Assembly: GCA_049615605.1 (NCBI GenBank)
Contig: JBMZFW010000002.1
Span: forward strand, 1-43,485
From: Alphaproteobacteria bacterium
GTDB taxonomy: Bacteria; Pseudomonadota; Alphaproteobacteria; JAQWUY01
Direction of reading: 5' to 3'
DNA: 43,485 nt
Position numbers and translations under genes: made by a program. Below the pieces are notes generated by a model. It was not told the DNA's origin. It saw nothing but the letters and a program-made list of their open reading frames with translations, and searched no databases. Every line of letters begins with the position of its first letter. The first letter of the stretch is position 1. This document shows positions 10,943 to 20,011 of the stretch, in pieces.

Positions 10943-12692
10943 TATCCTCCACCAAATTAATAGTTGTGATTTTCGCCGTTGGGAAAACTTTTTTAACTTC
11001 TTTTACCAGATGTGTGTCTTCTGCCCTTGCTTCAACTTCTTGTTGTTCGGCTTGTTCAACTTCGCGTAAAGTTTTGCCGCCTTGTTCTTCGCTAAATTCA
11101 ATTTTTAAATTATCGCCAAAGTTATCATTAATTAAATTATAAATTGATGCTTTGTCATCACGCCCAAGGTTAGCTTGCATTACACACACGCCACTTTCAA
11201 ATGATACAGGGCGGGCTTCATTCTTTAACTTAACACCAATAACTGGTCTTGATTTGCGAATAAATTCAATTACCTGTTCAAAAGTTTTTGGTAATTGATA
11301 ATCTTCTGCCTTTGGTGTTTCAAGATTGAAATCAGACTTTGGAATATCATTAACTGGTTCAGGTTGCACGCTTGGCTGTGGTGTTTCATTTGCCTGTGCC
11401 ACTGGTGTTTGTTCCACTGGTTCTTGTGGTGTTTCGTCTTGTTTTTGGGTTTGGTTGTTAGCCCCGCTACTTTGTTCAAGTGCGGGTTCATCGGAATTAA
11501 TCAGCTTTTTTACAATTTCACTTGGCGTTGGTAATTCCGCCGCGTACATCAACCGTATAGCAATCATTTCAAGTGCCATTAATTGATTTTCAGATTGTGC
11601 CATTTCACCCAAGCCCTTGTTTAAAATTTGCCAAGTGCTAGTGATAACAGGTAATGATAATTTTGCTGAAAGTTCCGCCCCCGCATTGCGATCAATTTCA
11701 GGCATTGCTGAATCTTCAAGCAGGCTAGGGTTAATTTTAAATTTACTTAACGACCAACAAATATCAAGTAATTCTTGTAATACAATAATTGGTTGTGCAC
11801 CAATATCGTATAAGTTATTGATTGATTGCAATGCGTCTTTGCTTTCGCCCGCAAGTAATAGTTTTAATAAATCATAAATGGCTTTTCTGTCCGCCAGTCC
11901 CAACATTGAATTAACAAGATCAGTTGTGATTTTGTTATCTTTGCTAAGGGCTAGGGCTTGATCAAGAATTGACAAACCATCACGCACTGAACCATCCGCC
12001 AAACGGGCAATTGTTTGAATTGCTTCTTCGTCAGCATCAAAACCTTCCGCCTTTGTAATATTAGAATAATGTGTATAAAGTTCGCCCACACTTACACGGC
12101 GAAGATCAAAGCGTTGACACCTTGAAAGAATGGTAATCGGAACTTTACCAATTTCCGTTGTGGCAAAAATAAATTTCACATGTGCAGGTGGTTCTTCCAA
12201 TGTTTTTAACAAACCGTTAAAAGCATTTTTTGAAAGCATATGCACTTCATCAAGAATATAGATTTTATAACGACCCATTGTTGGTGTGTATTGTGTTGAT
12301 TCAATTATTTCACGAATATCATCAATACCTGTATTTGATGCCGCATCCATTTCAACCACATCAATGTGGCGACCTTCGGTAATGTCTTCACAATTTTTAC
12401 AAGCCCCACACGGTTTAACAGGCGGGTTGCCATTTTCATCTGTATTTGAACAATTTAAAGCCTTGGCAACAATACGCGCAGTTGTTGTTTTACCAACCCC
12501 ACGAACCCCCGTAAGCATAAATGCTTGGGCAATACGACCAACCTGTAAGGCGTTTGATAATGTACGAACAAGAACATCTTGTCCGATTAAGGTATCAAAG
12601 TCATTTGGGCGGTATTTACGGGCAAGCACACGATAGTTTTTATCGTCTGAATTTTCCGTTGCTGTTGTATTTATATTTTCCTGTTCAAGCAT
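10929..12692 (-). CDS. dnaX: DNA polymerase III subunit gamma/tau
   Basis: 587 aa with Walker A GVRGVGKTTTARI, a zinc module CGACKNC and DEVHML. Confidence 0.95.
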   Translation of the reverse strand: MLEQENINTTATENSDDKNYRVLARKYRPNDFDTLIGQDVLVRTLSNALQVGRIAQAFMLTGVRGVGKTTTARIVAKALNCSNTDENGNPPVKPCGACKNCEDITEGRHIDVVEMDAASNTGIDDIREIIESTQYTPTMGRYKIYILDEVHMLSKNAFNGLLKTLEEPPAHVKFIFATTEIGKVPITILSRCQRFDLRRVSVGELYTHYSNITKAEGFDADEEAIQTIARLADGSVRDGLSILDQALALSKDNKITTDLVNSMLGLADRKAIYDLLKLLLAGESKDALQSINNLYDIGAQPIIVLQELLDICWSLSKFKINPSLLEDSAMPEIDRNAGAELSAKLSLPVITSTWQILNKGLGEMAQSENQLMALEMIAIRLMYAAELPTPSEIVKKLINSDEPALEQSSGANNQTQKQDETPQEPVEQTPVAQANETPQPSVQPEPVNDIPKSDFNLETPKAEDYQLPKTFEQVIEFIRKSRPVIGVKLKNEARPVSFESGVCVMQANLGRDDKASIYNLINDNFGDNLKIEFSEEQGGKTLREVEQAEQQEVEARAEDTHLVKEVKKVFPTAKITTINLVEDNDVK

Positions 12693-12770
12693 AGGAACAA
12701 TATAACACCAATGACCATTGCGGTCAAAGTGTTTTCATACAAAATATTAATAAAATGTGAAATTGGAAGT

Positions 12771-12864
12771 GGAAGTACAAATGACCCAAACAAAAAAACT
12801 CACTGTGGCTGCTTTCTTTCGAATCTGACCAGTTCAACAAGAAGTCTGCCCACTTGCACTTCCG
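12771..12864 (-). ncRNA. ffs: signal recognition particle RNA (small 4.5S type)
   Basis: The minus-strand reading CUGGUCAGAUUCGAAAGAAAGCAGCCACAG matches the conserved domain IV (GGUCAG...GNRA loop...AGCAGCC). The terminal helix is GGAAGUGCAAGUGGGC / GGGUCAUUUGUACUUCC. The position immediately upstream of dnaX is canonical. Ends are approximate (+/-5 nt). Confidence 0.85.
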
Positions 12865-12910
12865 TTGCTATTTATCTTATAAATTAGGGAATTTAGCAAG
12901 TATTTTTTTA

Positions 12911-13315
12911 TTAACTTGCTTTTTCGCTTTCTTCTGCTTCTTCAACTGGTTGTTCTTCAACAGTTTCTTCAGCAACTTCTTCTGTTTCTTCAGCCTCAAC
13001 CACTTCAAGTTTTGCGTCTTCTGACTTAGAAGATTCTTCCTTAACAGGTGCTGGGTTTTCAATACGATAATCAATAATCATACGAAGATAGTGTTCCGAA
13101 TATTGCAATAATTCTTCTGCCTTAACACGGTCGCCTGATGCACGGGCTTCGCGTGCTGCGGCTGTGTATTTATCCGCAATCTGTTGTGCATTACCGCGAA
13201 CTTTACCAATTGGTCCGTTTGAATCAAATTGCGTTCTTAATGGGTTGTAATTTCTGTTTTTATTATTGTTGCGATTACTATTTTTATTATAGTGTTTTTT
13301 TCTATTGTTTCTCAT
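12911..13315 (-). CDS. DUF4167 domain protein
   Basis: 134 aa with an N-terminal basic N/R-rich tract, a conserved core GNAQQIADKYTAAAREARASGDRVKAEELLQYSEHY and an acidic C-terminal tail. This is an alphaproteobacterial family. Confidence 0.8.
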   Translation of the reverse strand: MRNNRKKHYNKNSNRNNNKNRNYNPLRTQFDSNGPIGKVRGNAQQIADKYTAAAREARASGDRVKAEELLQYSEHYLRMIIDYRIENPAPVKEESSKSEDAKLEVVEAEETEEVAEETVEEQPVEEAEESEKAS

Positions 13316-13462
13316 ACTTTAAATGCTATTAAATATTGTTAAAATAAAAACTAAAGGTGTTTCTTACGAACACTAAAATTGCCATAAATTTTGCTTGGCA
13401 ATAAATATATTTAAGCGTGTTATAATAGTATTCACACAATAATGCAAGTACTTTTTTGAAAA

Positions 13463-14284
13463 TTATTTTTGATACAAATGAATACGGACAATATTTGATA
13501 AATCTTTTTTATATTTCAACATCTTATAGCCGTTATTTTCAAATATTTCTTTTACATCATCACTTTGATTATAGCCAAATTCAACCGCAAAAATTGAATC
13601 ATTATCCATAAATTCTTTTAAATTCACGACAAGCACCCTGTATGATTCCAATCCGTCCGCATAATCGGTTAAGGCAATCATTGGGTCGTGGTTTTTAACT
13701 TCCGTTTGCAAGGTGTCAATTTCAGCTTGTGGAATGTATGGGGGATTGGAAACAATAATATCAAATTTTTCAGCTTTGATATTTTCAAACCAATCACTTT
13801 GTATAAATTCACACCTGTCAAAAACACCGTTTTTATCAGCGTTGTGTTTGGCAATTTCAAGTGCTTTGCCCGATACATCAACACCAACCCCAGTTGCATT
13901 TTTGTATTCACTTAACAGGCTTATTAATAAACAACCAGAACCAGTACCAATATCCAATATCTTATATGATTTGTCTTTGTCTGTTTTTTCATCAAGCACG
14001 GATTCAATAATCGTTTCACTGTCTGGGCGTGGGCTAAGCACATCTGCTGTCACCTTAAACATTCCATTCCAGAAACCCTTTTCACCAATAATCACATCAA
14101 CAGGAATATTATTTTTACGCATTTCCACCAATTCATTAAATTTATTTAATTCATCATTTGAAATTTCCATATCCATTTGTAATGGCAGTTGTGAATATTC
14201 AATGCCTTTGACAAAACACATTAAGTATTTTGCATCAACTGTATCAATATTGCTGTTTTTAATTGCGGAATTTATATTTGTCAT
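13463..14284 (-). CDS. prmC: peptide chain release factor N5-glutamine methyltransferase
   Basis: 273 aa with a SAM motif ILDIGTGSGCL and the catalytic motif SNPPYI. Confidence 0.92.
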   Translation of the reverse strand: MTNINSAIKNSNIDTVDAKYLMCFVKGIEYSQLPLQMDMEISNDELNKFNELVEMRKNNIPVDVIIGEKGFWNGMFKVTADVLSPRPDSETIIESVLDEKTDKDKSYKILDIGTGSGCLLISLLSEYKNATGVGVDVSGKALEIAKHNADKNGVFDRCEFIQSDWFENIKAEKFDIIVSNPPYIPQAEIDTLQTEVKNHDPMIALTDYADGLESYRVLVVNLKEFMDNDSIFAVEFGYNQSDDVKEIFENNGYKMLKYKKDLSNIVRIHLYQK

Positions 14285-14360
14285 TTGTATCTTTAAATAA
14301 TTTATTATTTGTTATATAGTATATTGCATAATTAATATTTAAACAACAAGGCTTATAAAA

Positions 14361-15428
14361 ATGGAATATTTACAATCTTTACAAGAATACCTGCACATTG
14401 ATTATTTAGACGACACGGTAAGTGTTATTTTCATTTTGGTAATTTCATTATTATCACGCCCTATTATATCAAAGATATTTCTTGGCTGGATAAGAAAGCT
14501 TGTTGAAAAAAGTAAAAACAAAGTTGACGACCACATTTTAAATGTAATGGAAACACCAATAAGATTTATCTCTATTGTGGTTGCCCTTTATTTAATCGCG
14601 GAAATTTATGTGCCTGCATTACAAGGGGTATTTATCCGTACATTAATTGCCTTTGTAATTTTTTGGTTGTTATACAATGCAACTGTTCCATTACAAGACA
14701 TAATTGAACACAAAGAAAAGAATACAAAAAAATCATTAATTAATTGGGCTTTAAAAATTGTTCGTGTAATGATTATCTTTACTGGTGCTTCGGCTATTCT
14801 TGAAATTTGGGGGATTAATGTTGGTGCTATCTTAGCCGGTCTTGGTATACTTGGTGCGGCGGTTGCCCTTGGCACACAAGATTTATTTAAAAACTTAATC
14901 GCAGGTTTCCTTATTTTATCAGAACGCCGTTTTAATGAAGGCGAATGGATAAGGGTTGGCGATGTTGCCGAAGGTACGGTGGAAAAAATTGGTCTGCGTT
15001 CAACATTACTTCGTAGATTTGACCAAGCCCCAATGTATGTCCCAAATTCACAGCTTGCCGATGCCCCATTAATTAACTTTACCCGTATGAAGCATCGCCG
15101 TATTCATTGGTCAATTGGTCTTGAATACAAAACAACAAAAGCACAATTACAAAAAGTAGTTGAAGGTATTGAAAAATTAATTTCAAGCAAAGACTTTGTC
15201 CCTGCTAATAAAATATCAACATTTGTTGCTGTGGATAAATTTAATGACAGTTCAATTGATATACTTGTTTATGCGTTTACAAATACAAACGATTGGGGTC
15301 AATGGCTTAAAATTAAAGAAAAGCTAGCCCTTGATGTTAAGAAACTTGTGGAAGATACAGGTACTGGTTTTGCATTCCCAAGTCAATCTATATATATTGA
15401 AAAATCTGGCGACGTCTTTAAAAAATAA
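14361..15428 (+). CDS. MscS-family mechanosensitive ion channel
   Basis: 355 aa with N-terminal TM helices, the pore helix region GAAVALGTQDLFKNLIAGFLIL and a beta domain EGEWIRVGDVAEGTVEKIGLRST. Confidence 0.9.
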   Translation: MEYLQSLQEYLHIDYLDDTVSVIFILVISLLSRPIISKIFLGWIRKLVEKSKNKVDDHILNVMETPIRFISIVVALYLIAEIYVPALQGVFIRTLIAFVIFWLLYNATVPLQDIIEHKEKNTKKSLINWALKIVRVMIIFTGASAILEIWGINVGAILAGLGILGAAVALGTQDLFKNLIAGFLILSERRFNEGEWIRVGDVAEGTVEKIGLRSTLLRRFDQAPMYVPNSQLADAPLINFTRMKHRRIHWSIGLEYKTTKAQLQKVVEGIEKLISSKDFVPANKISTFVAVDKFNDSSIDILVYAFTNTNDWGQWLKIKEKLALDVKKLVEDTGTGFAFPSQSIYIEKSGDVFKK

Positions 15429-15525
15429 TTATTTTAATTGAATATTATCTACGTTAAGTCTTGCTCATTTACTAATTCATAAACTTCGCAATACTTAACT
15501 TGATACTATTCTAATTAAAATAATT
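15427..15525. repeat. palindromic element P2 (99 bp) filling the mscS/moaE convergent spacer
   Basis: The left arm 15427-15459 is AATTATTTTAATTGAATATTATCTACGTTAAGT. The reverse complement of the right arm 15493-15525 is AATTATTTTAATTAGAATAGTATCAAGTTAAGT. The loop is 33 nt, and the first AA belongs to the mscS TAA stop. Confidence 0.9.
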
Positions 15526-15540
15526 ATTTAGTTTTTGTAT

Positions 15541-15562
15541 ATTGTCTGCGTTAAGTCTTGCT
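15541..15562 (+). repeat. orphan partial copy of the P2 arm (ATTGTCTGCGTTAAGTCTTGCT vs ATTATCTACGTTAAGTCTTGCT at 15444-15465)
   Basis: 20 of 22 positions are identical to 15444-15465. It ends at the first base of the moaE stop codon. Confidence 0.85.
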
Positions 15563-16008
15563 TATTTCCAAGAATCTTTTTTATCTAAGTCTTCTTGCTT
15601 TTGGTCAACCCATTTTGTTGAACCATCTTTAAATGTTTCCATTTTCCAAAATGGGGCATCCGTCTTTAAATAATCCATTACAAATGATACTGCCGATTGA
15701 CAATCTTGTCTATGCGGTGATGTGGCACCAACAAATACAATGTCTTCGCCCACAAGCATTTCACCGTATCTGTGATAAATTGTTATATTCATCAAATTAA
15801 ATTTTTCCATTGCTGTTTCTGCAATGGCGGTTAATTTACCTTCGGTCATATTTGGGTAATGTTCCAATGTAAGGCTGTGTAAGTCGCCCGTTTTATCACG
15901 CACCGTACCAATAAAGGTTGCAATCGCACCAACACCATCAGCATTTTGTTTAAGCGTATTAATTTCCGCCCCAATATCAATTTTATTATCAGAAACAATT
16001 ATTCGCAT
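15562..16008 (-). CDS. moaE: molybdopterin synthase catalytic subunit
   Basis: 148 aa with GAIATFIGTVRD, LEHYP and APFWKME motifs. Confidence 0.92.
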   Translation of the reverse strand: MRIIVSDNKIDIGAEINTLKQNADGVGAIATFIGTVRDKTGDLHSLTLEHYPNMTEGKLTAIAETAMEKFNLMNITIYHRYGEMLVGEDIVFVGATSPHRQDCQSAVSFVMDYLKTDAPFWKMETFKDGSTKWVDQKQEDLDKKDSWK

Positions 16009-16009
16009 A

Positions 16010-16255
16010 TTACCCCCCCGTTATCGGTGGGAAAAACGCAACTTCATCGCCTGACTTAACAGGGTCAGTTAACTTTGCAAATTCACAATTAATTGAAACC
16101 TTAATCACGTTTATATCATTAAATGCATCTTTGTAATTATCACCAGTTGATTTTAAATGATTAACCAAATCATTAACTGAATCAAAATCCATATTTAATT
16201 CATCACTGTTTTTACCAATCTTATTTTTAAGCCAAGCAAAGTATAATATTTTCAT
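16010..16255 (-). CDS. moaD: molybdopterin synthase sulfur-carrier subunit
   Basis: 81 aa with a ubiquitin-like fold and a C-terminal FPPITGG. Confidence 0.9.
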   Translation of the reverse strand: MKILYFAWLKNKIGKNSDELNMDFDSVNDLVNHLKSTGDNYKDAFNDINVIKVSINCEFAKLTDPVKSGDEVAFFPPITGG

Positions 16256-17505
16256 TATGAATATAACCCCGTAAATGGAATGTAATTTACAACATCACCT
16301 GTTTTAACCGCTTCTGCTTCTTCAAAGATTTCAATTAAACCATTTGCATTAACAACCGAAGACAACACACCCGAACCTTGTGCCCCAGCTTTCATTGCAA
16401 CCAATTCACCATCTACATTTTCCAAATTAACACGGAAGAATTCACGACGACCAAGTTTTGCTTTCACATCAAAACCAATCTTAACTGGAAGCCTTGGTAA
16501 TTCAAAGTTTTCTTCCCCGCTTAATATTTTTAAAACAAGTAAGCCAATTAAACCATAAGTCACAAATACGGATACAGGATTTCCCGGGAAACCAACAAAA
16601 GGCGTGCCATCAACCATACCAAAGCCAACAGGGCGACCCGGTTTAATTGCCACCTTCCAAAAGTCCATATTATGGGTGCTAAGCACAGCTTGAATATGGT
16701 CTTCTTCGCCCACACTCATACCACCAGCCGACATTACCACATCACAGGTCTTGCAACCTTTTTCAAGTATGGCGGTTGTTGATTGTACGCTGTCTTCTGC
16801 CCTGCCTAAGTCAATTGCATCAAAACCCGATTGTTTAATAAGACTTAATCCCATTGGGCGGTTTGAATCAAATAATAATCCGCTGTGGATTTCATCAATA
16901 TTCGTGCCGACTTCTAATAATTCATCACCACTTGAAAAGAAACCAACTTTTAACTTTTCATAAACTGTTAATGTTTTGATACCTTGCCCTGCAATAAGCC
17001 CAATGTGTGAAGCGGTTAATTTTGTTCCTTTGGCAATAATCGTATCGCCAACTTTTATATCTTCGCCTTTGTGTCTTACATTGGCACCCTGTTTTTGTCC
17101 ATCGGGTAATGTAATGTTATCATCATTGATTGACACATCTTCTTGCATATAAACCGTATCAAAATTATTTGGAATTGGTGCACCTGTAAAGATACGTACA
17201 ACCCCGCTTGTATCAAAGTCCATTTCCGTTGAACCTGCAGGCACACGACCGATAATTTTATGGTCAAAACCCGACTTTAAAATGTTGTAATTAATTGCGT
17301 ATCCATCAACGGCTGAATTATCGCTTGATGGAACATTTACCACAGCCATTATGTCCGTTGCGATTACAAATCCGATTGCATCGTATATATCAATATCCGT
17401 TGTTTTAACCACAGGGGATAATTTTTTACGAAGTAATGAATGGGCTTCTTCCAATGAAATCATATCCCCACCGAAAGCGAAGCAATCATTAGATAATTGA
17501 ACCAT
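16255..17505 (-). CDS. moeA: molybdopterin molybdotransferase
   Basis: 416 aa with a SAVDGYA motif and an MPT-binding domain SAGGMSVGEEDH. It has 1-nt overlaps with moaD and pgsA. Confidence 0.92.
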   Translation of the reverse strand: MVQLSNDCFAFGGDMISLEEAHSLLRKKLSPVVKTTDIDIYDAIGFVIATDIMAVVNVPSSDNSAVDGYAINYNILKSGFDHKIIGRVPAGSTEMDFDTSGVVRIFTGAPIPNNFDTVYMQEDVSINDDNITLPDGQKQGANVRHKGEDIKVGDTIIAKGTKLTASHIGLIAGQGIKTLTVYEKLKVGFFSSGDELLEVGTNIDEIHSGLLFDSNRPMGLSLIKQSGFDAIDLGRAEDSVQSTTAILEKGCKTCDVVMSAGGMSVGEEDHIQAVLSTHNMDFWKVAIKPGRPVGFGMVDGTPFVGFPGNPVSVFVTYGLIGLLVLKILSGEENFELPRLPVKIGFDVKAKLGRREFFRVNLENVDGELVAMKAGAQGSGVLSSVVNANGLIEIFEEAEAVKTGDVVNYIPFTGLYS

Positions 17506-18098
17506 TATTCTTTCCTGTCGTCTTCTAGCATATGGTGAACACCACTGCGTAAATAATCATGTGCGGTAATAATTGTAAGGATTGCCGACACCCATAATAA
17601 TAACACCCCAATATCACCCGATGGTATTAATTTTGGTGATGCTTTTTCCCCAACAATTAAAAATCCAAGTGAAAACATTTGAAATGCTGTTTTCCATTTT
17701 GCAAGCCCAGATACAGGTACAGAAATTTTAATTTCCGCCAAGTATTCACGCAAGCCCGATACGGTAATTTCCCTTAATACAATAATGATACCCGCAATCG
17801 CATTAATTGCCGATAACCCGTCTTTTTCCGCCCCCAATGCAACCAATGTAATGATAATTGTTGCAACCAATAATTTATCTGCCACTGGGTCAAGGAAACG
17901 CCCCAATGCAGAAGTTTGCCCCGTTGTTCGGGCAATGTAACCATCAAAGAAATCAGTCACACAAGCAACAAAATACAAACCAAGTGCAATCCATCTGCTT
18001 AGTTCAGTGTTAATAAACAAAAGCACCACAACCATTGGAATAATTGCGATACGAATAACTGTTAAAATATTTGGTGATATATCTTTTAATTTAATCAT
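17505..18098 (-). CDS. pgsA: CDP-diacylglycerol--glycerol-3-phosphate 3-phosphatidyltransferase
   Basis: 197 aa with a CDP-alcohol phosphatidyltransferase motif DFFDGYIAR...G..LDPVADK. Confidence 0.92.
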   Translation of the reverse strand: MIKLKDISPNILTVIRIAIIPMVVVLLFINTELSRWIALGLYFVACVTDFFDGYIARTTGQTSALGRFLDPVADKLLVATIIITLVALGAEKDGLSAINAIAGIIIVLREITVSGLREYLAEIKISVPVSGLAKWKTAFQMFSLGFLIVGEKASPKLIPSGDIGVLLLWVSAILTIITAHDYLRSGVHHMLEDDRKE

Positions 18099-18151
18099 TA
18101 TTGTTTCCTTATAATCATAATATAATATATTTTTTTATATTTTATAAGTAC

Positions 18152-19993
18152 TTATTTGTGAAAATGATTAAAAATTGTTTCTGCGGTCTTTTTGCTGATA
18201 CCTTCAACTTGCATTAAGTCATCAATACTTAAACCACTTATTGAATTTGATGAACCAAAATGGCGAAGCAATGCATTTCGTTTTGTCTTGCCAATACCCG
18301 CAATTTCATCAAGTGGTGATTTGGCAATTTGTTTTGACCTTTTCTTACGGTGCAGGGTAATTACGAACCTGTGGGCTTCGTCCCTTATTCTTTCCATAAA
18401 GTAATGAAGAAGGCTGGATATTGGAATATCAGCAGTACCATTTTTTGTATAAAAAACTTCACTGCCATCGTTGCGTTTTTCACCCTTGGCAATTGATACC
18501 ACATTAACATTAAGTTTTAATTCATCTAAGACTTCGTTTGCGATTTTTAATTGCCCTTTGCCCCCATCAACGACCACCAAGTCGGGCAATACAGATTTTT
18601 CTTTAATGGCACGACTAAACCGACGGGTAAAGACTTCACGCATCATTGCATAATCGTCGCCCGCTTTGCCCCGATTATCCCGTCTTGTCATATCCGTTTT
18701 AATATTCCAATGGCGATAAGATTTTTTATCAAAACCCATTTCATTAACCACAATCATTGCACCAACGGGGTTTGTACCTTGCAAGTGGCTGTTATCATAA
18801 ACTTCAATACGACTTAATAATTCATCAAAGCCCAATGCATTTGCCAATTCTTCCATACCTTGTGTATGGTTTAAGATTGACGACTTATGGCGACTAAGTG
18901 CGGAAACCGCATTGTCATAAGCGGTTGTTATAATTGTTTTACCCATACCCATTTTTGGTATATTTATTTTAATATCAAATGTGGTGTTAAGTAATTCTTT
19001 GTCTGTAATATCAGTTGAAATATAAACTTTTTTAACTGGTTTATTATCCGCATAAAATTGTGGGATAAATTCCCCCAATACTTCCGCTTCATTTTCACAT
19101 TCCGTCTTTGGGAAAAACAGTGCAGAACCACTTGCTTTACTGTCGCGGTAAAACATTACTTGGATACAAAAGATATTACCACTTTTGGCAATGGCAAATA
19201 CATCCGCATTACCAATACCGCCCATATTTGCACCTTGTGATATTTTTAAATTATTTAATGAATTAATACGATCTTTATAAACTTTGGCAAGTTCATAATT
19301 TTCATTATCACTTGCTTGCATCATCTTTTTATTTAAACGGTTTAACAGGTCATTATCCTTGCCCGATAAAAATTTTACAACTTCTGTAATATACATATCT
19401 AAATCATCGGTTAAATTACCGCCATCTGGTGCAAAAGACCTTAAAAACTGGTGCTGTAAAACGGGTAGATACCTTTGTTTATAGCTAGATTTATTAGTAT
19501 CTGTGTCTGTTGATTTATCATTTAATTTAAATAAATTATCAAGCACACCAATCGTTTCATTTACCGACTTTGCCGATGTAAAAGGTCCAAAATACCTGTT
19601 GCCCTTTTTATGTACCCCGCGGTGTTTTTTAATTGATGTATTGCCATCGTCATCAACGGATAATTCAATTTCTGGATAAGACTTATCATCCCTTAACAAT
19701 ACATTGTAATATGGCTTTAATGATTTGATTAAGTCCGATTCCAACAGTAATGCTTCTGATTCAGAATTAGTTTCCACAATTTCCATTCTATGGGTGCGGG
19801 AAATCATTCGTTGGATACGAATTGGTTGTTTATCAAACTGTGTGTAATTAGTAATACGGTTTTTAAGGTTCTTTGCCTTACCAACATAAAGAAGCTTGTC
19901 ATTTTTATCAAGCATACGGTAAACCCCCGGTTTTTTTGAAACCGATTTTACCACATCTTTAATTACATCAATTGCTGTCTTTATATTATTCAT
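18152..19993 (-). CDS. uvrC: excinuclease ABC subunit C
   Basis: 613 aa with a GIY-YIG N-terminus (GVYRMLDKNDKLLYVGKAKNLKNR), a UvrBC domain, an Endo V-like domain and a C-terminal (HhH)2. Confidence 0.95.
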   Translation of the reverse strand: MNNIKTAIDVIKDVVKSVSKKPGVYRMLDKNDKLLYVGKAKNLKNRITNYTQFDKQPIRIQRMISRTHRMEIVETNSESEALLLESDLIKSLKPYYNVLLRDDKSYPEIELSVDDDGNTSIKKHRGVHKKGNRYFGPFTSAKSVNETIGVLDNLFKLNDKSTDTDTNKSSYKQRYLPVLQHQFLRSFAPDGGNLTDDLDMYITEVVKFLSGKDNDLLNRLNKKMMQASDNENYELAKVYKDRINSLNNLKISQGANMGGIGNADVFAIAKSGNIFCIQVMFYRDSKASGSALFFPKTECENEAEVLGEFIPQFYADNKPVKKVYISTDITDKELLNTTFDIKINIPKMGMGKTIITTAYDNAVSALSRHKSSILNHTQGMEELANALGFDELLSRIEVYDNSHLQGTNPVGAMIVVNEMGFDKKSYRHWNIKTDMTRRDNRGKAGDDYAMMREVFTRRFSRAIKEKSVLPDLVVVDGGKGQLKIANEVLDELKLNVNVVSIAKGEKRNDGSEVFYTKNGTADIPISSLLHYFMERIRDEAHRFVITLHRKKRSKQIAKSPLDEIAGIGKTKRNALLRHFGSSNSISGLSIDDLMQVEGISKKTAETIFNHFHK

Positions 19994-20011
19994 AAACAGA
20001 CTATACCATAT

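Noticed and set aside
10929-12692. Programmed -1 frameshift site in dnaX (A AAA AAG type) for gamma production
   Set aside because: The only A-run of that kind (GTT AAA AAA GTT near codon ~570) is at the extreme C-terminus, far from where a gamma-producing shift would occur, so there is no supporting structure.
13316-13462. Weak hairpins (TTGCCA...TGGCAA, GTGTT...AACAC) and arm-like fragments (ATTATTGTG..GAATACTATT) downstream of prmC
   Set aside because: The stems are only 5-6 bp, and the similarity to the palindromic family is too fragmentary to distinguish from AT-rich background.
13713-14300. 195-aa ORF on the + strand covering almost all of prmC
   Set aside because: It is entirely antisense to a motif-supported gene (prmC with NPPY). 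Its translation is S/I/F/L-rich low complexity, typical of the antisense frame of AT-rich coding DNA, and it has no RBS.
15427-15441. CtrA (TTAA-N7-TTAAC) or DnaA (TTATCCACA) box resemblance in TTAATTATTTTAATT / TTATCTGCG
   Set aside because: The half-site spacing and sequence do not fit. The second half is AATT rather than TTAA, and TTATCTGCG differs from the DnaA box at 3 of 9 positions. There is no origin context.
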